Positions 9,713 to 19,761 are shown, numbered from the stretch's first letter. The stretch: DNA of 64,000 nt from an uncultured Desulfurococcales archaeon (GCA_964496855.1 CAZCAU010000002.1:4122-68121), one strand, 5' to 3'. Notes: generated from the letters alone by a model not told the origin. A program made the numbers and translations.

Positions 9713-12700
9713 ATGGATAAACGTTCACTTATCTTCAAAGAACACTATGTACCTCATGATGTTGAAGAAGCTATATTCAGGTACTGGGATAACATAGGTC
9801 TACGCAAATTAATTGAGGATTCTATAAAAAGTGCTAAGAAGAAATTCTATTTCTTAGACGGCCCACCATACGTCTCAGCACCAAGTATACACATAGGTAC
9901 TGCTTGGAATAAGGTTATCAAGGACTCAGTACTGAGATACAAGAGAATGCAAGGCTACAACGTATGGGATAAGCCGGGTTTCGATTGTCATGGATTACCT
10001 ATAGAGGTACAGATGGAAAAACAACTTGGTATAAAGAATAAGCGTGAAATCATCGAGAAGATAGGTATAAAGGAGTTTGTCGAGAAATGCAAAGAGCTCG
10101 CACTAAGTAATATGGAGGGTATGAAAGAGAAGTTTAAAGATCTAGGCGTGGAGATGGATTGGAATAATCCGTATCTCACGTTAGATCCGGAGTACATAGA
10201 GTCGGGCTGGTGGCTGATAAAAAGAGCGTATGAGAAGGGTCTTCTAGAAGAAGACGTGAGTGTACTGCACTGGTGTCCGAGATGCGAGACTACACTAGCT
10301 GACTATGAAGTATCAGAGTATAGGATTATGCGTGACCCATCAATATATGTGCTTTTCCCACTTATAGGAGAGAATGAGAAGTACATTGTTATCTGGACTA
10401 CCACACCATGGACGCTTCCCGCTAATACCATGGTAATGGTGCACCCGGACCTAGACTACGCAGAAGTAGAGGCTGTTGTGAATGATAAGAGGATAGTACT
10501 GGTCCTTCTAGAAAACAGGGTAAAAGAGGTATTAGAAAAAGAGGCTGGCATAACACATTATAGTATAAAAAAGAAGTTCAAGGGCAAAGAACTAGTGGGA
10601 AAGAAATATGCTCATCCACTCAGAGATTTAGTTGACGCTCAGAAAAAGCTTGATGAGTACCACAAGATAGTTGCAGCGCCTGAGGCGGTATCTCCCTATG
10701 AAGGTACAGGCTTGGTGCATGCGGCACCTGGTCACGGAACAATAGATTTTGAGATAGCTAAGAAGCTTGGTTTCCCAATAGTATCACTCATAGACGATCA
10801 AGGAAGATTCGTGGCTGAGGCTGGCAAGTATAGAGGATTGTACTTCAAAGATGCTAATAATGTAATAATAAGAGATCTCAAAGAGAAGAATGCTCTTCTG
10901 GCATCATCTACCATAGAGCATCGTTACCCAGTTTGCTGGAGATGCAAAACACCACTTATATTGAGAGCTACAAAACAATGGTTCATACGAGTCTCAAGGC
11001 TGTATAAGAAGCTTATTGAAGAAGCTGATAAAGTCAAATGGATACCAGATTGGGCTAAAGAGAGGTTTATGAACTGGATTAGAGACGTTAGGGACTGGGT
11101 TATATCCAGGCAGAGGTACTGGGGGATACCGCTACCTATATGGCGGTGCAATAACTGTGGACAAACCATTGTTATAGGCAGTAAAGAAGAGCTGAGAAAA
11201 TTCGGTGCTTCATACATACCCGAGGATCCGCACAGGCCAGACATAGACGAGGTAGTGCTTAAATGCCCACGATGCGGGGGAGAAATGTATAGAATACCGG
11301 ATGTGCTAGACGTATGGTTTGATAGCGGCGTCTCCTTCTACGCGAGTCTCGGGTATCCTAAGAGCAAACTATGGGACGATCTTAAACCAGTAGACTTCAT
11401 AGTTGAAGGCCATGATCAGACTAGAGGATGGTTCTTTAGTTTGTTAAGAAGCGGAGTAATAGGTTTTGGCGAGGCCCCTTACACTACTGTCCTTGTCCAC
11501 GGCTTCATGCTTGACGAGCATGGTAGGGAGATGCACAAGAGCCTGGGCAACTACGTGGAGCCTGATGAAGTTATAGATAGGTATGGACGTGACATATTTA
11601 GGCTCTGGGTACTAGGGAATACTACCTGGGAAGATATAAGGTTCTCCTGGAAACGAATAGAGTTAGCTAAGAAAACCCTATCTATAGCATGGAACGTATT
11701 CAGATTCGCGTACACCTATATGAAACTAGACAAGTTCTCGCCTTCCAAGTCATCGGTAGAACAACTACTAGAGTCTAATGCTTTGGGACCTGAAGATAAG
11801 TGGCTCCTGAACAAGACTAACAAGCTTGTAAAAGAAGTTACCAAGGCTTTTGAAGAGTACAGGATACATGAGGCGGTCAGACACTTAGTAGACTTCATAG
11901 TGGATGATGTAAGCCACTGGTATATACGATTAGTACGTAGGAAAGCTTGGGAAGAAGAGTTATCTCCGCAAAAACTAGCATCATATACAGTACTATACAA
12001 TGCTCTCAGAACATGGCTTCTACTAATATCTCCTATAACGCCGTTCATAAGCGAGTACCTATACCAGGTATTCATAAGAGAGTTCGAAGACAAAGCTAAA
12101 ACAAGTATACATCTAGAGAACTGGCCTAGTTATCGCGAAGAGTACATCGATGACAATCTTGAAGAAAAAATGAGTATAGTGAGAGAAGTTATCGAGAATA
12201 CTCTTGTCGCGAGAATGAAAGCTGGTATAAAGCTAAGACAACCCGTGGCAAGACTAATTATCTCGTCTACTAATCAAAAAGTACTCGACGCCGTAAACTT
12301 CTTCAAGAAGATACTACTGGAACAAGCAAACGCCAAGAATCTTGAGATATTAAGTGTTGAAGACTTTAAAGCTATGAGAAAGATAAGAGTAGAACCTGTA
12401 CTTAGCATCATTGGTAAAGAATTCAAGTCTAACACGCCCTTTGTAATTAAAACAATAGAAGAGAAGAACAAAGAGATAGCTGGAAGCATAGCTACTAAAG
12501 GATACTACGAGATAACTCTCGAGAATGGCAAAAAACTCGTCCTACGCAAAGAGCATGTGCGGCTAGTAAGTGATTACCCCGACTGGTTGTCCGTGAAAGA
12601 AACCGACTGGGGATTCATTGCTATAGACACTAGGTTATCAAAACAAGAGATACTTGAGGGTCTTGCGAGAGATCTTGTTAGAAGAATACAGTTTATGAGA

Positions 12701-12931
12701 AAAAAACTACAGCTACCAGTAGACACATACATAGTCACATCTATATACACTAAGGATGCTGACATGCTTGAAGCTGTGAAATTGTACAATGACTACCTTA
12801 AAGAAGAGACGAGAAGTATAGAGATAAGGACAGGTGCTGTAGCAAGCGAACAAGTAGGGGAGGATGAGTTAAGAGAGTCTTGGGACATCGATGGACGTGA
12901 GGTAGTAATAATAATTAAGCCTGTGAAATAA
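9713..12931 (+). CDS. ileS: Isoleucyl-tRNA synthetase
   Basis: 1072 aa. It has a HIGH-type motif (PSIHIGTAWNK), a KMSKS-type loop (EMHKSLGN), and zinc knuckles CPRCETTL, CWRCKTPL and CPRCGG. The length is typical of archaeal IleRS. Confidence 0.97.
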   Translation: MDKRSLIFKEHYVPHDVEEAIFRYWDNIGLRKLIEDSIKSAKKKFYFLDGPPYVSAPSIHIGTAWNKVIKDSVLRYKRMQGYNVWDKPGFDCHGLPIEVQMEKQLGIKNKREIIEKIGIKEFVEKCKELALSNMEGMKEKFKDLGVEMDWNNPYLTLDPEYIESGWWLIKRAYEKGLLEEDVSVLHWCPRCETTLADYEVSEYRIMRDPSIYVLFPLIGENEKYIVIWTTTPWTLPANTMVMVHPDLDYAEVEAVVNDKRIVLVLLENRVKEVLEKEAGITHYSIKKKFKGKELVGKKYAHPLRDLVDAQKKLDEYHKIVAAPEAVSPYEGTGLVHAAPGHGTIDFEIAKKLGFPIVSLIDDQGRFVAEAGKYRGLYFKDANNVIIRDLKEKNALLASSTIEHRYPVCWRCKTPLILRATKQWFIRVSRLYKKLIEEADKVKWIPDWAKERFMNWIRDVRDWVISRQRYWGIPLPIWRCNNCGQTIVIGSKEELRKFGASYIPEDPHRPDIDEVVLKCPRCGGEMYRIPDVLDVWFDSGVSFYASLGYPKSKLWDDLKPVDFIVEGHDQTRGWFFSLLRSGVIGFGEAPYTTVLVHGFMLDEHGREMHKSLGNYVEPDEVIDRYGRDIFRLWVLGNTTWEDIRFSWKRIELAKKTLSIAWNVFRFAYTYMKLDKFSPSKSSVEQLLESNALGPEDKWLLNKTNKLVKEVTKAFEEYRIHEAVRHLVDFIVDDVSHWYIRLVRRKAWEEELSPQKLASYTVLYNALRTWLLLISPITPFISEYLYQVFIREFEDKAKTSIHLENWPSYREEYIDDNLEEKMSIVREVIENTLVARMKAGIKLRQPVARLIISSTNQKVLDAVNFFKKILLEQANAKNLEILSVEDFKAMRKIRVEPVLSIIGKEFKSNTPFVIKTIEEKNKEIAGSIATKGYYEITLENGKKLVLRKEHVRLVSDYPDWLSVKETDWGFIAIDTRLSKQEILEGLARDLVRRIQFMRKKLQLPVDTYIVTSIYTKDADMLEAVKLYNDYLKEETRSIEIRTGAVASEQVGEDELRESWDIDGREVVIIIKPVK

Positions 12932-13049
12932 AATTACCTTCATCTAAACACGTAGCTTAATTAACAATATTTAATTTTATAGAGTAATACGTGTTAAAGA
13001 ACAGTCTGCTGAAAATAACTAGCAGACCAAGCCCAATAGGTATCATATT

Positions 13050-13646
13050 ATGAGGAATAATGTTAACAGTGAATACTTAAAGATAACACCTAGTGAAGTG
13101 AGAACTTATACTTATTGTCCCCGGCTCTTCTTCTATGAGACGTACATGAGTAGAGAAAAGAGCTTCTCCGAGAAACTGAGACTTGCTCTTGGTAGACTTT
13201 ATCACTTTATCTTGGAGAGCCTAATACGTATCAGGAGGAGAGGAGCACTTGTAGAAAAAAGTATTGAAAGACCACTAGGGAACATACTATTAGTAGGGCG
13301 TCCAGACGCGATTCTTCCTGGTAAAGATCATCTTCAAATAGTAGAGATAAAAAGTGGTAAAGCCCCAGCCAATGGGAGACCCTGGCATTCTGATAAGATG
13401 CAACTAGTTGCATATTACATGTTGTTATCAGGTGTGGTACAGAAAGAGATAAGGACTCTGCTACGGTACCGTGATAGAGAATTCTTTGTGAAGATAACAT
13501 CTAATGATGTTACGCGTTTTCATAAAATATTAGAAGAAATATATTACGTGAAAGCATATGGTATATTCCCGGCAGCCAAATATAGTCCAGGAAAATGTCA
13601 AAGATGTCCTTATCTAACGTACTGCATGATTGTAGGCTTTCCCTAG
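13050..13646 (+). CDS. Stand-alone Cas4-like PD-(D/E)xK nuclease (DUF83 architecture)
   Basis: 198 aa. It has an N-terminal Cys (YTYCPRLFFY), a nuclease core (GRPDAIL...LQIVEIKSGK), QLVAYYML, and a C-terminal CQRCPYLTYC cluster, giving a 4-Cys Fe-S arrangement. There is no CRISPR array or other cas gene in the window. Confidence 0.7.
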   Translation: MRNNVNSEYLKITPSEVRTYTYCPRLFFYETYMSREKSFSEKLRLALGRLYHFILESLIRIRRRGALVEKSIERPLGNILLVGRPDAILPGKDHLQIVEIKSGKAPANGRPWHSDKMQLVAYYMLLSGVVQKEIRTLLRYRDREFFVKITSNDVTRFHKILEEIYYVKAYGIFPAAKYSPGKCQRCPYLTYCMIVGFP

Positions 13647-13739
13647 CCTCTTCCTCAACAATACTCAAATGCTAAAATAAATTAGTCCCTAAGGATATAT
13701 CATGTTGTACTAGAGGCTGCTATAAGAGGAAATAACGTA

Positions 13740-14684
13740 ATGTACGATAAGGCTCAAGAAGAGTTCGAGGAACTTTCAAAGAAAGTATGGGAGATCTATG
13801 GAGGCTCACTAGTCACCCGGGAGCCTATTAGAGACCCTGAGCTAGCTGTTAAGATCTTGAGACAGGAGTATAAACTAGTTGTAGACAAAGAGCTGGTAAC
13901 ACTAGTGTTCGCATCCTTCTATAATAACAAACCAGTCTTATTTGAAGGCCCTCCAGGTACGGGTAAGACCGAGATAGGTCAAGCACTACTAGAGCTATGG
14001 TCTGGTAAGTCAGCTTTTATCCTGCCTTGTAGCGAGAACTATGATGAATACAGAGTGATAGGTGATTTCCACCCATTAATGGCTATAAGGTATGGTTTTA
14101 ACGAGAAAAGCTTCATACCAAGAACATTACTAGCGGCAGTCATCATAGATGCTGGTGTACTAATAGACGAGATAAGGAGATCTAGCGAGGAGTTCCAGAA
14201 CCTACTACTCGACATCATAGATAAGCGTAGGATAATAATCCCAGAGCTTAAGAAAACTATTTATGCTAAGGGAGATGGGTTCCAGGTTATACTAACATCG
14301 AATCCTGAGGACATAGCACAAGGAGAGCTCAGCGATGCTTTTCTCAGACGCGTCACTAGGATAGAGTTTAACTACCCGGACGAGGATACAGAGATAGAGA
14401 TAATAAAAATAAGGCTCTTATCAGGCCTACCTCCTTTACCAGCGGAAAAGATGCACTTGATAGTTGATACATTAAACGAGCTTAGAGATAAAGGCATGGA
14501 GTATAAGCCTGGGCCTAGTGAAGCAGTGTCATGGGCACAATTAGCTCAGAGAGTAGCGATGATTAGGGGTAGGAAGAGAGTAGATGATATAGATCTTCTT
14601 GATGCTGGTAGAAGCGTTCTAGGCAAGAAGTACGATGATAAAGACATTGTCGAGGAGGTATTGAGGAAAAGGTTTCGGGTATAA
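13740..14684 (+). CDS. MoxR-family AAA+ ATPase
   Basis: 314 aa. Walker A LFEGPPGTGKTE, Walker B GVLIDEIRRS, and VILTSNPED. It is followed 5 nt later by a VWA-domain gene, the classical MoxR-VWA pairing. Confidence 0.8.
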   Translation: MYDKAQEEFEELSKKVWEIYGGSLVTREPIRDPELAVKILRQEYKLVVDKELVTLVFASFYNNKPVLFEGPPGTGKTEIGQALLELWSGKSAFILPCSENYDEYRVIGDFHPLMAIRYGFNEKSFIPRTLLAAVIIDAGVLIDEIRRSSEEFQNLLLDIIDKRRIIIPELKKTIYAKGDGFQVILTSNPEDIAQGELSDAFLRRVTRIEFNYPDEDTEIEIIKIRLLSGLPPLPAEKMHLIVDTLNELRDKGMEYKPGPSEAVSWAQLAQRVAMIRGRKRVDDIDLLDAGRSVLGKKYDDKDIVEEVLRKRFRV

Positions 14685-14688
14685 CTAT

Positions 14689-16773
14689 ATGGTAGACATT
14701 TTCAAAGAGGCTTATACTAGTATGGAAGACAAGCAAATAGCTGAAAGCCTAGGTAATGCTACAAAGCTATTGCTAAGTATAGCATTTGAGCTCAAAGAAC
14801 GAGGCGCTAAAATATCTGTGTCGGAGATTATCGATTCTCTTAGACTCATGTACACGTACGCTTTTCTCAATAAAAACATCACACTAAATGATTTATACAA
14901 AATCATAAGGGCCTCACTAGTTAAGAAACCAGAGTATCAAGACCTATACGACAAGATATGGGAGAAGAAGACAAGCCTGGCTAGAGCTGTTCCAGAAGAA
15001 GTATTTAGAAACCTGTGGCATGAAGTGCTTCAACGTTTACATACTTTACACACGGATTTCGGCAAAAAAGTCTCTCTCAGCAGAGTAGAAGATGCGAAAA
15101 ATAGGCAAGAGTATATGAAGAAAATTTCTTCGTACATAGAGTTGAGAAAAGCAGGCTTGATAGAGAAATATGGTTCTAGAGAATACATTGTGTCGCGTAA
15201 AAAAGCATTGATGCATCTGAAAAGGGTTGCAAGAGAATATAATGCCCACATAACAAGCTTGGCAAGCTTAGCCGATAAGCTATGGATTAATGAGCCAAAG
15301 GGTAAGTGGGATCGTGATTTTCTAAGAATAGTCCTAAGATATAGCGAGCTAAATCCTGATACTCTTAAAAATATGAGTGATACTCAGCTGGATAGGTTGT
15401 TATCTGTATCAAATTCTGCTACAAGCCGTAATAAGAGGATAATAGACAAGGAAATAGCTAGCAGGCTAAGTAACGGTAGACTTGAGAATAGTAGGAATAT
15501 TGAGAACATAATTGACGATTTAATATCGCATAATAGGCTTTCTCTAAGTATGGAAGAGTTGTCTTTCCTATTGTCTAGGAAGCCTGAGCTCATAGAAAAA
15601 ATAATGAATACCAGTTTTATGAATTATGAAAAGCTTAGAAGTCTTCTTGATAAATTACCTTCTCAAGAATCTAGGGAGATTATACGTAGACTACTCAGAA
15701 AGCAGCCTGGCTATATTAATTTATTACTAAAAGATATTTTGAGAGGCAACTTGTCTCCCGAGATTTTGCCAGAAAAACAATCGCTTAAAAAGATAAGCCG
15801 TGAAGCAGACTTACTAATGCTTGTTGCATCCATAATGCATAATGTTGACAACTATATTAGTACAGGGAATGCCGGATATTTAGACATGATTCAAGACCAG
15901 TTATTCAAACTTCAGAATAAGATGAGAAAAGAAGCATTAAGCGGTAAGGGAATACAAGGCTTAGACAAGCTTAGAGAGGCACTGTACATACTTGGTACAG
16001 AAGCTGATCGAGAAATAGGGATTGCGAAATTCCTGGTGAAAACGCAACCAATACATAAGGCTTTCACCAATATATCAAGACTATACTCCACGGCAACCAG
16101 TATTGAGACTAGGAAGAGACTTATACGAATAGCTCTTCGCGCCTGGAGATTGTCGTTAGTGAAGTACAGAGGAGGACATCTGGTTTACAAAAAGACTAGA
16201 GTCTCTTACAGGACTCCAAGACTTGACTACCGAAGTAGTATATATAACATGATTAGGCTTACACATGTCTACAAGTATATTGCTAGGCATAAGCAACGGA
16301 GAATAGTCTTAGTAGTAGACTATAGTGGTAGTATGCAAAAGTACTCTATCTACGCTCTCCTCATGGCATCAGCTCTCTTGCCTAGAGTAAAACGGATAAC
16401 GCTCTTTTCGCAGCACCCTGAAAACTTTGATGTGAGGGGGAGGAGCAGAAGCATATCCCGACTCGTCGAGATACTGATCTCTAAAAAGTTTGAAGGATTG
16501 ACAGACATAGTAGCAGCCTTAAAGAGCAGTACTAGAAGAACTCGCCCTGGTATACTGGTTCTAGTATCAGATCTCAAACAAACGGTTAAGAGAAGTATAG
16601 GTGTCGAGGAAATCGTTAAGCAGCTCATCTTAAGAGGCTGGAGAATTAAGGTGGTGGTACCCCCAGACTATAATGTTGAGGCTAGTGAGAGACTCAAGAG
16701 TTATGGAGCAAAGATATATGTGCTAAGCGATGTGTCTAGGATAAAACCTATTGCTCAAAAGATATTTTCTTAG
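14689..16773 (+). CDS. VWA-domain protein (CoxE-like), partner of the MoxR ATPase
   Basis: 694 aa. The C-terminal VWA domain has a MIDAS-like RIVLVVDYSGSM. The N-terminal ELKERGAKISVSEIIDSL...LVKKPEYQDLYDKIW resembles CoxE-type proteins. A long helical middle region has no recognisable motif. Confidence 0.7.
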   Translation: MVDIFKEAYTSMEDKQIAESLGNATKLLLSIAFELKERGAKISVSEIIDSLRLMYTYAFLNKNITLNDLYKIIRASLVKKPEYQDLYDKIWEKKTSLARAVPEEVFRNLWHEVLQRLHTLHTDFGKKVSLSRVEDAKNRQEYMKKISSYIELRKAGLIEKYGSREYIVSRKKALMHLKRVAREYNAHITSLASLADKLWINEPKGKWDRDFLRIVLRYSELNPDTLKNMSDTQLDRLLSVSNSATSRNKRIIDKEIASRLSNGRLENSRNIENIIDDLISHNRLSLSMEELSFLLSRKPELIEKIMNTSFMNYEKLRSLLDKLPSQESREIIRRLLRKQPGYINLLLKDILRGNLSPEILPEKQSLKKISREADLLMLVASIMHNVDNYISTGNAGYLDMIQDQLFKLQNKMRKEALSGKGIQGLDKLREALYILGTEADREIGIAKFLVKTQPIHKAFTNISRLYSTATSIETRKRLIRIALRAWRLSLVKYRGGHLVYKKTRVSYRTPRLDYRSSIYNMIRLTHVYKYIARHKQRRIVLVVDYSGSMQKYSIYALLMASALLPRVKRITLFSQHPENFDVRGRSRSISRLVEILISKKFEGLTDIVAALKSSTRRTRPGILVLVSDLKQTVKRSIGVEEIVKQLILRGWRIKVVVPPDYNVEASERLKSYGAKIYVLSDVSRIKPIAQKIFS

Positions 16774-16793
16774 AGAATTACGAGTCTTGGGGA

Positions 16794-16805
16794 AAATTTA
16801 ATATT
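16794..16805 (+). promoter_or_regulatory. TATA-box-like element upstream of the uS19-led operon
   Basis: AAATTTAATATT lies in the 114-nt intergenic region, about 85 nt upstream of the GTG start at 16888. Mirror copy at 46826..46837. Motif only. Confidence 0.25.
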
Positions 16806-16887
16806 CCCATATAGTTAATCCGTGTAACAAAGAAGATGCTGGTAGGGGTAACCGGTAGTAAATGCTGAAGAAAATGGTGGGGATAGC

Positions 16888-17328
16888 GTGGCTATAAGCA
16901 TAGAAGAGATCCCGGTCGAATGGAGAAAATTTAGGTATAGAGGACGTAGCATAGAGGAATTACTAAACCTGCCGATGGACGAGTTCATTAAACTTCTCCC
17001 TGCTCGTCAAAGAAGGAGCATTCTCAGAGGGTTTACGCCTGCACAAAGAAAGCTTATAGAAAAGATAAGGCGTGTCAGAAATATCCTTAAGAAAGACCCC
17101 AATAGGAAAATCGTTATACGTACCCATGTAAGAGACATGATCATACTACCTGAGATGGTAGGATTAACTATTGCTGTTTACAATGGCAAAGAGTTCATAC
17201 CCGTAAGGATCACACCAGAGATGATAGGTCATTACTTAGGAGAGTTCGCGCCTACGTGTAAACAAGTACAGCACGGCGAGCCTGGTCTGAAAGCCACTCG
17301 TTCAAGCATGTTCGTAGGACTAAAGTAA
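16888..17328 (+). CDS. rps19: 30S ribosomal protein uS19 (S15e)
   Basis: 146 aa. The GTG start is preceded by GGTGG. Blocks [28 protein letters not shown] and [15 protein letters not shown]. Confidence 0.93.
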   Translation: MAISIEEIPVEWRKFRYRGRSIEELLNLPMDEFIKLLPARQRRSILRGFTPAQRKLIEKIRRVRNILKKDPNRKIVIRTHVRDMIILPEMVGLTIAVYNGKEFIPVRITPEMIGHYLGEFAPTCKQVQHGEPGLKATRSSMFVGLK

Positions 17329-17347
17329 TAGAGAGGTGCAGAACACA

Positions 17348-17818
17348 GTGCCGAGTTGGGATTATAGTGTTAAGTTCCGCGATGAAACCCTCATAGCTAA
17401 GGCATCAGCTAGAGACGTACCTATTTCCTACCGTAAAATGGTTGACCTAGTAGCACTACTTAGGGGTAAGAAGCTAAGCGAAGCACGAGAGATTCTTCAG
17501 CGCGTGATAGAGAAAAAAGAGGCTGTACCGATTAGGCGTTATCATGGTAAACAAGCTCATCGCAGAGGCTTAGCAGACAAAGCTGGCTGGCCTGTAGGTA
17601 GATACCCTGTCAAAGCAGCAAAGTACTTGTTAAAACTGCTCGATAACGTGGAGAATAACGCGATAGATAAAGGTCTAGATGTTGATAGACTCAAGATAAT
17701 ACACATGGCTGTGCATAAAGCAATTACTCTTAAGAGATACATGCCTAGAGCATTCGGTCGTTCTACTCCTAGGTTTAAGCATTATAGCCATGTAGAAATA
17801 GTTGTGAAAGAGGTCTAG
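17348..17818 (+). CDS. rpl22: 50S ribosomal protein uL22 (L17e)
   Basis: The track ORF starts at GTG 17336. I prefer GTG 17348, which has GAGGTG 9 nt upstream and gives MPSWDYSVKF.... Blocks ARDVPISYRKMVDLVALLRGKKL and RRYHGKQAHRRG. Confidence 0.92.
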   Translation: MPSWDYSVKFRDETLIAKASARDVPISYRKMVDLVALLRGKKLSEAREILQRVIEKKEAVPIRRYHGKQAHRRGLADKAGWPVGRYPVKAAKYLLKLLDNVENNAIDKGLDVDRLKIIHMAVHKAITLKRYMPRAFGRSTPRFKHYSHVEIVVKEV

Positions 17819-17823
17819 CGGCA

Positions 17824-18435
17824 ATGGTGAACATAAAGAGGTACTTTGTACAAAGAGGCCTTCAGAAAACAAGAGTAGACGAGTACCTTGCAAGAATGTT
17901 TACCAGAGCAGGCTACGCAGGGGTTAATATACAGCGCACACCGCTTGGTACACACATTGTAATATACGCTGAGAGACCAGCAATGATTATAGGCAGAAGA
18001 GGCCAGACTATAAGAGAACTAGCAAGGATATTTGAGAAGGTATTTGGCCTCGAGAACCCCCAGATAACAGTAATGCCTGTTGAGAACCCTGATCTAAATG
18101 CAAGGGTAATGGCTTCTAGACTGGCACAGGCTTTGGAGAGAGGATTCCACTTTAGAAGAGCAGCATTTATAGCACTTAGAAGAATAATGGCTGCCGGAGC
18201 TGTGGGAGCAGAGATAAAGATAAGCGGTAAACTAACTAGCGAAAGAGCTAGGTATGAAAAGTACAGAATGGGTAGAATATACAAGGCTGGCGAGCAAGTA
18301 GACCTACTAGTTGACCATGCCATAGCACACGCGCTTCTAAAACCAGGAATCTACGGTGTAGAAGTCTTAATAGTTAAGCCTGGATCACCTGTTGATAGCA
18401 TAAAGATAAAGACACCAGAGGCTGCTGAGACATGA
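17824..18435 (+). CDS. rps3: 30S ribosomal protein uS3
   Basis: 203 aa. KH-domain block IVIYAERPAMIIGRRGQTIRELA and GAEIKISGKLTSERARYEKY. Confidence 0.95.
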   Translation: MVNIKRYFVQRGLQKTRVDEYLARMFTRAGYAGVNIQRTPLGTHIVIYAERPAMIIGRRGQTIRELARIFEKVFGLENPQITVMPVENPDLNARVMASRLAQALERGFHFRRAAFIALRRIMAAGAVGAEIKISGKLTSERARYEKYRMGRIYKAGEQVDLLVDHAIAHALLKPGIYGVEVLIVKPGSPVDSIKIKTPEAAET

Positions 18436-18635
18436 GTCTAAAACCCGAGGACATAAGAAAAATGAGTCCTGAAGAGAGGCGTAAGAAGCTCATGGAACTT
18501 CGAGAAGAACTTCTAAGACTTAGACTACAAGCAGAGATAGGTACCTTGGAGAATCCTGGGAAAATAAGGAGTATAAAGAAGTCTATTGCCAGAATACTTA
18601 CAATAGAGAACGAGGAGAGAAAACACAAAAGCTAG
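18432..18635 (+). CDS. rpl29: 50S ribosomal protein uL29
   Basis: 67 aa. The ATG overlaps the rps3 stop (ATGA). Blocks EERRKKLMELREELLRLRLQ and KIRSIKKSIARILT. Confidence 0.92.
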   Translation: MSLKPEDIRKMSPEERRKKLMELREELLRLRLQAEIGTLENPGKIRSIKKSIARILTIENEERKHKS

Positions 18636-18661
18636 AATAAACGTCCAAATGGTTCTAAGTT

Positions 18662-18949
18662 TTGAGACATACTCCGCGAAACATATTCTTTCATGAGTTA
18701 ATAGGCTTGAAGGTCTACGTAGCAGATCATTTATCTCCTTCTTACATAGGTAAGAAGGGAACCGTATACTGGGAGACTAGGAACCTTCTAATAATAAGGG
18801 ATGAGGAGAGTGGTGAACTAAAGAAAATTCTTAAAAAGGGAGGTGTATTCATATTTCAGTTGCCGGACTCGACGCAAGTCGTGGTTCGAGGAGAAGAAAT
18901 ATTAGCAAGACCCGAAGATAGGCTCAGAAAATTAAAGACGAGGAGATAG
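18662..18949 (+). CDS. rnp1: RNase P protein component 1 (Rpp29/Pop4)
   Basis: 95 aa with a TTG start. Blocks HELIGLKVYV, GKKGTVYWETRNLLII and RGEEILARPEDRLRK. It sits at the conserved archaeal position between L29 and S17. Confidence 0.85.
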   Translation: MRHTPRNIFFHELIGLKVYVADHLSPSYIGKKGTVYWETRNLLIIRDEESGELKKILKKGGVFIFQLPDSTQVVVRGEEILARPEDRLRKLKTRR

Positions 18950-18952
18950 AAT

Positions 18953-19318
18953 TTGAGCGCTAAACTAGCTAGAAAACCAGTCAAGAACGTTGGAGTACCC
19001 GGTATAAAGCCACCTACGGCTACTTGTAAGGATCCAAACTGCCCGTTTCACGGTACATTAAGGGTCAGAGGCTTAATACTGAGAGGAGTTGTTGAGAAAG
19101 CTAAGATGAAAAACACTGTTACTGTGCGTTACGATTACCTCTACTACGATCGCAAGTACAGGAGATACGAGAAGAGACATTCAAAAATACATGCACATAA
19201 CCCGCCATGCCTTAATGCAAAAGAAGGTGATATAGTAATTATTGGCGAGACTAGACCTATCTCAAAAACGGTTTCATTCGTTGTAATAGGTGTTGTTGGT
19301 AAAAACGTTGAGAGGTAA
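18953..19318 (+). CDS. rps17: 30S ribosomal protein uS17 (S11e)
   Basis: 121 aa with a TTG start. Blocks CKDPNCPFHGTLRVRG and GDIVIIGETRPISKTVSFVV. Confidence 0.94.
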   Translation: MSAKLARKPVKNVGVPGIKPPTATCKDPNCPFHGTLRVRGLILRGVVEKAKMKNTVTVRYDYLYYDRKYRRYEKRHSKIHAHNPPCLNAKEGDIVIIGETRPISKTVSFVVIGVVGKNVER

Positions 19319-19324
19319 TGCTAG

Positions 19325-19750
19325 ATGCCAGGCAAAGTAGGCAAAATAAGTAGTGCTGCATCTAGAAGGCGTATAAATACGGGTCTACAGGTAGGTAGCT
19401 GGGTTAAGGTAGCTGATAATAGTGGTGCTAAAGAAGTCCTCATAATAGGAGTACCTGGTTACAAAGGTAGACTCAGAAGAATACCACCTGCTGGCGTTGG
19501 TGATTTAGTAATAGTATCAGTCAAAAAGGGAACACCAGAGATGAGAAGACAAATAGTGCCAGCAGTGATAGTTCGCCAACGGAGACCTTTTAGACGTCCA
19601 GACGGGACATGGGTAGCTTTTGAAGATAACGCTGTTGTCATTATTACCCAGGATGGATCACCAAAAGGAAGTGAGATAAGAGGCCCAATAGCGAAAGAGG
19701 CTGCAGAACGCTGGCCTAGAATAGCAAACATTGCATCAACAGTTGTGTAG
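19325..19750 (+). CDS. rpl14: 50S ribosomal protein uL14 (L23e)
   Basis: 141 aa. Blocks [15 protein letters not shown] and [24 protein letters not shown]. Confidence 0.95.
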   Translation: MPGKVGKISSAASRRRINTGLQVGSWVKVADNSGAKEVLIIGVPGYKGRLRRIPPAGVGDLVIVSVKKGTPEMRRQIVPAVIVRQRRPFRRPDGTWVAFEDNAVVIITQDGSPKGSEIRGPIAKEAAERWPRIANIASTVV

Positions 19751-19761
19751 GTGAATAAAGG

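Noticed and set aside
13004-13027. A 7-bp hairpin (GTCTGCT...AGCAGAC) downstream of ileS as a transcription terminator.
   Set aside because: Archaeal termination relies mainly on oligo-T tracts, and there is no convincing T-run adjacent to it. It is noted only as a minor structure.
13050-13646. The Cas4-like gene as a flag for a CRISPR-Cas locus.
   Set aside because: No repeat-spacer array and no cas1, cas2 or effector genes are present anywhere in either arm. Stand-alone Cas4/DUF83 nucleases are common in archaea.
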